64,000 nt of DNA from Thermomicrobiales bacterium. Lineage in GTDB: Bacteria > Chloroflexota > Chloroflexia > Thermomicrobiales > CFX8. Location of the stretch: the NCBI GenBank assembly GCA_023954495.1, contig JAMLIA010000005.1, positions 6,174 through 70,173 of the forward strand. The letters are read 5' to 3'. The position numbers were made by a program, and so were the translations under genes. Shown here in pieces: positions 58,580-64,000 of this stretch (position 1 is its first letter; the number at the start of each line of letters is the position of its first letter). Below the pieces are notes generated by a model. That model ran no database searches and had not been told where the DNA came from. It saw only the letters and a program-made list of their open reading frames with translations.

Positions 58580-58858
58580 TTAGACGCTGGAGAGTGAGAC
58601 AGGCGCGCCGGCAGTGCGCTGCTCTTCCGACATCATGTCATGCAGAATCCTCTGCATGGCCATAATGTGAGCGCAGGTTCCCATGCCCTGCACTGCGAAG
58701 AAGTGGCAAGTACAGGAAAACTCATTGCCGGTCATGGTGGTGGTGTAGTTGTCGTTGTTGCCGTGGAACTCGACAGAAAACGAGTCGAATTTGACTCGCT
58801 CTGGCTCTTCGGCATAACGACGCGACTTCTCGATCTTGGAGATCAACGACGAGTTCAT
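58580..58858 (-). CDS. Small SWIM-type zinc-finger protein (92 aa)
   Basis: FSCTCHFFAVQGMGTCAHIMAM fits the CxCxnCxH SWIM pattern. AAGGAGA precedes the ATG. Confidence 0.55.
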   Translation of the reverse strand: MNSSLISKIEKSRRYAEEPERVKFDSFSVEFHGNNDNYTTTMTGNEFSCTCHFFAVQGMGTCAHIMAMQRILHDMMSEEQRTAGAPVSLSSV

Positions 58859-59161
58859 TGGCCGTCTCCTTTCGCCGTTCCCCGTAACACTCCCACGCTC
58901 TGCAGGAGGTTTGACGGTGCGACTGTGGCGACCGCTCGGATTGGGCGTACCAGCGATAGAGACGAATCAGCACCGCGGCACAGGGCCGGGTGCTGATCAG
59001 TTAACCGTCTCGGATGTCACCGGCAAGTCCATGGCGGGACCACCTTCCTGAACACCGTCTTGGTCGCTTAACAAGAGTCTATCAGATGATTTTGGACGTG
59101 TCAGCAGCGATGGCAGGGCAGTTCTCTGCCCTTCGGTCCAATCGCGGGAACGACGTGGACA

Positions 59162-59800
59162 GTGGGTTTGGTGCGAGAACCGTTGAGCGCCGCGATTCTC
59201 ACCGGCGGCCAGAGTCGGAGAATGGGCGAAGACAAGGCGCTGCTTCGCATCAACGGCCAGGCGATGGTCGCGCGGGCTGCAGCACGGCTTGCTTCGGTCA
59301 GCGATGACGTCTTTCTCGTTGGCGACCGGCCCGAGTATCATGACTTCGGCCTGCGCGTCGTTGGCGATGACCATCCGGGCGGTGGGGCGCTCGGCGGAAT
59401 TGCAACGGCGGTGCGGCAGGCAGGCTATGATCGCGTTCTGGTTGTCGCGTGTGACATGCCGAATCTCTCGCCAGCGTTGCTGCGGGCAATGGCGGCGCTC
59501 GTCGATGATGCGCAAGTGTTGATCCCGACAACTGCCGCAGATCGCAGCGACCAGGGCGGCGCGCTGACCTGGGAGACGACGCACGCGATCTATCGCAGAT
59601 CCTGTCTGCCTGTGTTTGAGCGGCGCTTGCAGGCCGGCCAGCGCAAGATCGTCGATGCTGTTCGCGAGCTGCGCTGGCGCTCGCTATCAGAAGACTGGAT
59701 CCGTGAATACGATCCCAGGCTGGAGTCGTTCGGAAACGTGAACACTCCCGAAGAGCTTGCGGGCCTCCGTGTTGATGTAAAGGGGAATGCTGCACCGTGA
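59162..59800 (+). CDS. mobA: Molybdenum cofactor guanylyltransferase
   Basis: AAILTGGQSRRMGEDKALL is the signature. The start is uncertain (GTG 59162, TTG 59168 or GTG 59171). Confidence 0.8.
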   Translation: MGLVREPLSAAILTGGQSRRMGEDKALLRINGQAMVARAAARLASVSDDVFLVGDRPEYHDFGLRVVGDDHPGGGALGGIATAVRQAGYDRVLVVACDMPNLSPALLRAMAALVDDAQVLIPTTAADRSDQGGALTWETTHAIYRRSCLPVFERRLQAGQRKIVDAVRELRWRSLSEDWIREYDPRLESFGNVNTPEELAGLRVDVKGNAAP

Positions 59801-60180
59801 CCGAGCGCGACTACTCGAAGTTCGTCCGCGAGGATGGACGCATGTGGACAAAGCGCATACCGCGGCCAGTGTATGTCGAGATGGTCCGCGAGTATCAACG
59901 CCGCCCTGAGGTTATCAACGTGGTCTTCGACGATCTGTACTGGCTCTGGGACCTGGAGCAGGCGGAGAAGAAGGCCAAAGATGCCGGGAAAGAAGTGGAC
60001 CGGGTCGCGCTGGCGCACGAGCTGATCGAGGATATGGACGACAAGGACTGGTGGGCGGTGACCGCCGCATTCGAGGAGCATCTCATCACGTCGTTCGCCG
60101 AAGATCCCACACAATGGGCATCGTTCCTCGATCCGGTCTACGATTTGCAGGAGTCCGAGGGCTGGCGCGATCGCCAATAG
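59797..60180 (+). CDS. Hypothetical acidic Trp-rich protein (127 aa)
   Basis: Its GTG overlaps the mobA stop (GTGA). No motif recognised. Confidence 0.5.
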   Translation: MTERDYSKFVREDGRMWTKRIPRPVYVEMVREYQRRPEVINVVFDDLYWLWDLEQAEKKAKDAGKEVDRVALAHELIEDMDDKDWWAVTAAFEEHLITSFAEDPTQWASFLDPVYDLQESEGWRDRQ

Positions 60181-60218
60181 AACGACTGGGCGTGCGTGGG
60201 GGCGTGAAGGGGGCATAC

Positions 60219-61034
60219 ATGAGCGTCGAGCCAAATGGGATCGTGACACTGACGACCGACCTCGGAACTATCGACGGCTACGTCGCGGCGCTGAAAGGGG
60301 TCGTGCTCACGAATCATCGTCATGCGACGCTCATCGACGTTACTCACCACATCCCGAGCCGCGACGTGACTGAGGCGGCGTTTCAAACTGCGATGGTCTG
60401 GTCGACATTTCCAGCAGGAACTGTCCATCTGCTGGTAGTCGATGCCGGAACGGATACGAGTCATCGTCCAGTGGTGGCCGAAGTGGGCGGCCATTACTTT
60501 GTTGCGCCTGACAATGGTGTGCTCACGCTGCTTGTCGCCAATCAACCGGCTAACGCTCTCATTGTTCTGAATGAGCCCGCATTCTTTCGTGATGTACCCG
60601 CTATCTTCCCCGGTCGTGATGTTCTCGCGCCGGTCGCCGGTCGCCTGGCGTCGGGAGACGTCAGCCTCAACCAACTCGGCAGCTCGGTTGACCCGGCAAC
60701 CCTGGCGTCGCTGCCGTGGAAGGCAAGCCACGACAACCCGGAAAGCGTGCACGCACCAGTCGTTTCGATCGATCGCTTCGGCAACTGTCGGACGCTGATC
60801 ACGAGGCGGCAGATCCCGTGGGACCTCTCCTCCGTCTTCGTGCGCTGCGGCGATGCGTTCGTGCGCGGCATCCATCGTTCATACAAGGACGTTCCGGTGG
60901 GGAAGACGTTGGCGTTGTTCGGTAGCCATGGAGGATTGGAGATCGCCGTCCGCGGTGGGAGCGCCACGCAGTCGTGGGAGATCCAGCGCGGTGAGAGCGT
61001 AGTTGTATCGACGGTGGACGATCCGGCTTCGTAA
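60219..61034 (+). CDS. SAM hydrolase / SAM-dependent halogenase family protein (DUF62)
   Basis: IVTLTTDLGTIDGYVAALKGV...VVDAGTDTS...VAPDNGVL matches the S-adenosyl-L-methionine hydroxide adenosyltransferase family layout. Confidence 0.75.
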   Translation: MSVEPNGIVTLTTDLGTIDGYVAALKGVVLTNHRHATLIDVTHHIPSRDVTEAAFQTAMVWSTFPAGTVHLLVVDAGTDTSHRPVVAEVGGHYFVAPDNGVLTLLVANQPANALIVLNEPAFFRDVPAIFPGRDVLAPVAGRLASGDVSLNQLGSSVDPATLASLPWKASHDNPESVHAPVVSIDRFGNCRTLITRRQIPWDLSSVFVRCGDAFVRGIHRSYKDVPVGKTLALFGSHGGLEIAVRGGSATQSWEIQRGESVVVSTVDDPAS

Positions 61035-61101
61035 TCTCTGCATGCTATACTGAGCCGTTGAAACTGACCGCCAATTCGATCCACAGGATGGTTTCGTCGA
61101 C

Positions 61102-61395
61102 GTGAGTAAGCCAGCAAAATCACGAACTCGAACGCAGATGAATCGCGCGCAGCTGAAAGCCTACGAGGCGCGGCGCGCCGAAGAAGTGCAACACAGCCGA
61201 GCGATTCAGCAGGATGTCGACGCTGTCAGCGGGCAGCCAGCGGCAGCCGCTGCCGCGGTCGCGCCTCGACGGCGGATCTATGCGATGAGCCACGAGCAGG
61301 AGATGGCAATCATCCGCTCCGACCTCAAGCGTCTCCTGGGCATTGTTGCGGTTCTGCTCGTCGTTCTGGCAATTGCCACCCTCGTTCTCCGCTAA
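61102..61395 (+). CDS. Hypothetical protein with C-terminal membrane anchor (97 aa)
   Basis: GTG start, a basic N-terminus and a C-terminal hydrophobic helix LLGIVAVLLVVLAIATLVL. A terminator follows. Confidence 0.45.
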   Translation: MSKPAKSRTRTQMNRAQLKAYEARRAEEVQHSRAIQQDVDAVSGQPAAAAAAVAPRRRIYAMSHEQEMAIIRSDLKRLLGIVAVLLVVLAIATLVLR

Positions 61396-61417
61396 CATCC
61401 AGCATCAGTAAGCGCAA

Positions 61418-61447
61418 AAGCGGACGCCCATTGGACGTCCGCTTTCT
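61418..61447. terminator. Terminator hairpin between convergent genes
   Basis: aagcggacg...cgtccgctt followed by tctc. Confidence 0.6.
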
Positions 61448-61480
61448 CATTGTGCAATTGCGCTACGAGATGTGCTCGCG

Positions 61481-62329
61481 CTAGGCGCTTTCTTCGTCTT
61501 CAGCCTCGGTGTCGGACTCGGCGATGTACTCAGTGTCGTCGTCCGCGTCGGCGTCGGTCTCGCGTGCTTCCAGCTCCTCGGTGTCGAGCTCCTCATCCTC
61601 TTCGTCCCCGAGCTCGAGGTCCGGCTCGTCGCGGAAGAGGCGCGTGTCACGGAGATAGGCTCGCGGGACAGAGATCTTGCCCTGGCGCGGGAATGAGAGG
61701 CGAGTGCCCATGTCCGGGCTCTTCACCGACTCCCGGACGATGACGCGGACACTCTCGCCCGTGTTGGCGGTGACATAGACCTCATACTCGTTGCCGAGCT
61801 CGACGAGCTCAATCACGCGGCGTGCCAGTCGTGGCTCCATCTGGCCAATGTACTGACCATCTTCGTCCAGCAGCCGGATCGCGTTGCCGGCCTGCTCCAT
61901 GGTGAGTTGGTCACCGCTGGAGAGCTCGGTTAGTACGGCAGCAGGCGCGACAGTGACGAGGTCGTCGACGTAGGTCTTGCCAACCTCTTCGACGAAGATG
62001 CCTGCGCCGAGATCGCGGGTGCGACCGATCGCTTCGACTTCGGCCTCGGTCTCCTTGAGTGGCTCGAGGCGGCTGATGTTGCGCTGAGCAATCACGTTCG
62101 CCGGATCGATGGCAAACGCCTGCTGGTACGCCTCGTAGGCCGACCGAAATCGGCGCATTTCGAAGTACGCCTTGCCCAGGCGATTGAAGGCTGCGACATC
62201 GCGAGGAGCGCGCTCAAGGATCTCCTGATTGATCGTCACGGCAGCCGTCCAGTCGCCGGCAGCAGCAACTACGCGCGCGTGCTCTTCGAGGAGCCGTTTG
62301 GCTTTTCCCTTAGTAATCTCGATCGACAC
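61481..62329 (-). CDS. TPR-repeat protein with highly acidic C-terminal tail
   Basis: TPR-like helices (AAFNRLGKAYFEMRRFRSAYEAYQQAFAIDPANV), and a tail of Asp/Glu runs. Confidence 0.6.
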   Translation of the reverse strand: MSIEITKGKAKRLLEEHARVVAAAGDWTAAVTINQEILERAPRDVAAFNRLGKAYFEMRRFRSAYEAYQQAFAIDPANVIAQRNISRLEPLKETEAEVEAIGRTRDLGAGIFVEEVGKTYVDDLVTVAPAAVLTELSSGDQLTMEQAGNAIRLLDEDGQYIGQMEPRLARRVIELVELGNEYEVYVTANTGESVRVIVRESVKSPDMGTRLSFPRQGKISVPRAYLRDTRLFRDEPDLELGDEEDEELDTEELEARETDADADDDTEYIAESDTEAEDEESA

Positions 62330-62387
62330 CCTTGTTCCCTTCTCCTCTCAACCTGGAGAGGCGATCCTTGCAATCCAGATATAAACG

Positions 62388-63755
62388 TTATGCGTGCGTG
62401 AGTACCTTGACCGGCTCAGCGAGCACATACCACGTCGTTGCTTCCGTGATCCGCACATCCACGAGCTGGCCCAACCAGTCACCTGATGCCTCGAAAAATA
62501 CGAGCTGGTTGCCGCGCGTTCGGCCACGCCAGCGACCCTTGGCGAAGCCATCGACGAGAATCTCGCGATGCTCGCCGACCATGTGTCGGAACTTCCGCGC
62601 GCTGATCTCCTCCTGAAGACGCTCCACAGCCTGGTGGCGGGCATGCTTGACCTCGTGCGGAATATCATCTTCCCAGCGGGACGAGAGCGTGCCGGGTCGC
62701 GGTGAGTACATCGCCACGTGGACCTTCTCGAAGTCCATGTCCCGCAGCAGATCAATCGTGTCCTGGAACTGTTCGTCCGTCTCTCCCGGGAATCCGACGA
62801 TGATATCGGTCGAAAGGGTAACGCCCGGGATTGTCTCGCGAATCTTCGCGATGCGATCGCGATAGTGCTCCTGCGTGTAGGTGCGGCGCATCCGGCGCAG
62901 AATCTCATTGTTGCCGGCCTGCACCGGCAGATTCACGTGCTCGCAAGCACTCGGCAACTCAGCGATCGTCTCGATCAGCTTGTCCGAGAAATACTTCGGA
63001 TGCGAGGTCAGGAACCGCAAGCGCTCGATCCCATCGATCGAATCGACGGCGCGCAGCAGGTCTGCGAGGTCTCGACCGTCCGGCAGATCGTGTCCGTAGG
63101 CGTTGACGGTCTGGCCGAGCAGTGTCACTTCGCGAACGCCCTGTGCGGCGAGACGTCGCACCTCGTCGACGATCTCGTCGAACGGCCGGCTGATCTCTCG
63201 GCCACGTCGGTACGGCACGATGCAGTAGGAGCAAACGAAGTTGCAGCCATAGATGATCGGCACGAACGCGGAAACGCCCGGGTTCGACGCGATTGGCTGG
63301 TAGTAGTGCGGGAGTTCGGCGAGGTCAGCGTCGGCTTCGTGGAGCTCAGGGACGATCTCGACCAGCCGATCGAATTCTGACGGGCCGAAGAAGAGATCAA
63401 CATGGGGGAAGCGTTCGCGGAGTTTGGGCTCCTGACCGGTGACCATGCAGCCGGTGAGCGCGATGCGGACATCGGGATTCGAGCGCTTCACGCGGGCAAG
63501 GGAGCCGATCTTGCCGACGACCTTATCCTCGGCCGCCTGTCGAACGACGCAGGAGTTCAGGACGATAACATCAGCCTGCTCTTCAACTTCGGTCCGATGG
63601 TAGCCAACCTGACTGAGCATCGCCTCGACCTTGGCGGATTCTGCCTCGTTCATCTGGCAACCGATCGTCCAGATGCAGTAATGCTTCTCGCCGGACTCGA
63701 CTGCGGGTTTTGCTGTCGGCATCGCAGTACGACGAACGAGATGAATTGGCTCCAC
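62388..63755 (-). CDS. miaB: tRNA-2-methylthio-N6-dimethylallyladenosine synthase
   Basis: UPF0004 N-domain (IWTIGCQMNEAES), radical-SAM motif CNFVCSYCIVP and a C-terminal TRAM domain. GTG 63755 is preceded by GGGAGGG 5 nt upstream. Confidence 0.9.
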   Translation of the reverse strand: MEPIHLVRRTAMPTAKPAVESGEKHYCIWTIGCQMNEAESAKVEAMLSQVGYHRTEVEEQADVIVLNSCVVRQAAEDKVVGKIGSLARVKRSNPDVRIALTGCMVTGQEPKLRERFPHVDLFFGPSEFDRLVEIVPELHEADADLAELPHYYQPIASNPGVSAFVPIIYGCNFVCSYCIVPYRRGREISRPFDEIVDEVRRLAAQGVREVTLLGQTVNAYGHDLPDGRDLADLLRAVDSIDGIERLRFLTSHPKYFSDKLIETIAELPSACEHVNLPVQAGNNEILRRMRRTYTQEHYRDRIAKIRETIPGVTLSTDIIVGFPGETDEQFQDTIDLLRDMDFEKVHVAMYSPRPGTLSSRWEDDIPHEVKHARHQAVERLQEEISARKFRHMVGEHREILVDGFAKGRWRGRTRGNQLVFFEASGDWLGQLVDVRITEATTWYVLAEPVKVLTHA

Positions 63756-64000
63756 GCTGACCCTCCCAACGACATAAGGGCACCGCTGGGTGCCCGGCCC
63801 GCGATTATACTATCTCTCACTTCAATATAAAGGTCATCCAGCCTGACCAGTCTCTGTGCCGCATTGTCACCCCCTCCGAGACATAAGCAATAGAACACAC
63901 GTTCGGACACAAAACATGCGAATGAAACTGCGTGTACGTACAGAGTGAAGATGACTCATATCTCTGCTACACTGATTGCCAACGCAGAGGGATGTGACCT

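Noticed and set aside
59021-59060. SRP (4.5S) RNA-like CAGGAAGG element on the minus strand of the SWIM-mobA gap
   Set aside because: It only partly resembles the GGAAGGAAGCAGCC helix-8 motif, and no complementary 3' strand or closing helices could be drawn.

Overview
Visibly GC-rich (not computed), densely coding bacterial chromosomal segment, read on both strands. It holds about 70 protein-coding genes, one tRNA-Glu(CUC), several hairpin terminators and a few sigma70-like promoters. I saw no rRNA, CRISPR array, transposase, integrase or long repeat. Most content is core metabolism and housekeeping: partial ppsR, BKACE plus M81 peptidase, pckA, a thiO-like oxidase, ribosomal proteins L31/L27/L21, hemC-hemD-hemB, recJ plus a DtxR-type repressor, a VKOR plus DsbA pair, polyprenyl synthase, ppk1, a CBS/CitE-like operon, a glycosyltransferase-ureohydrolase-RidA operon, homoprotocatechuate genes (FAH-hpaB-hpaC-dioxygenase), a WYL regulator, a sigma54-type response regulator, an aroK-aroB fusion, the methyl-cycle block adoK-ahcY-metK, a YaaQ-like c-di-AMP receptor, mobA, a DUF62 SAM hydrolase and miaB. 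Lineage cannot be assigned from the sequence alone. VKOR in place of DsbB, a DUF1786-like protein and a Thermus-like HpaB hint at a high-GC Chloroflexota/Thermomicrobia-like organism, but this is inference only. The most unusual locus is a tightly coupled minus-strand operon (28571-33287) divergent from ppk1. It combines two metallophosphoesterases, two adjacent thymidylate-kinase-fold paralogs whose Walker-A lysine is replaced by arginine, a CHAD domain (split over two frames) and a CYTH protein. I read it as a candidate polyphosphate-linked module of a composition I do not recognise as characterised. Other points worth a second look are three reading-frame disruptions (pckA 3' end, one metallophosphoesterase, CHAD), a 407-aa orphan with a PD-(D/E)xK-like motif in an operon with a ureohydrolase homolog lacking the GGDH motif, an uncharacterised gene pair headed by a WYL regulator, and a short structured leader upstream of adoK-ahcY-metK. 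All domain calls rest on motifs I recognised by eye in the supplied translations. No database search was run.
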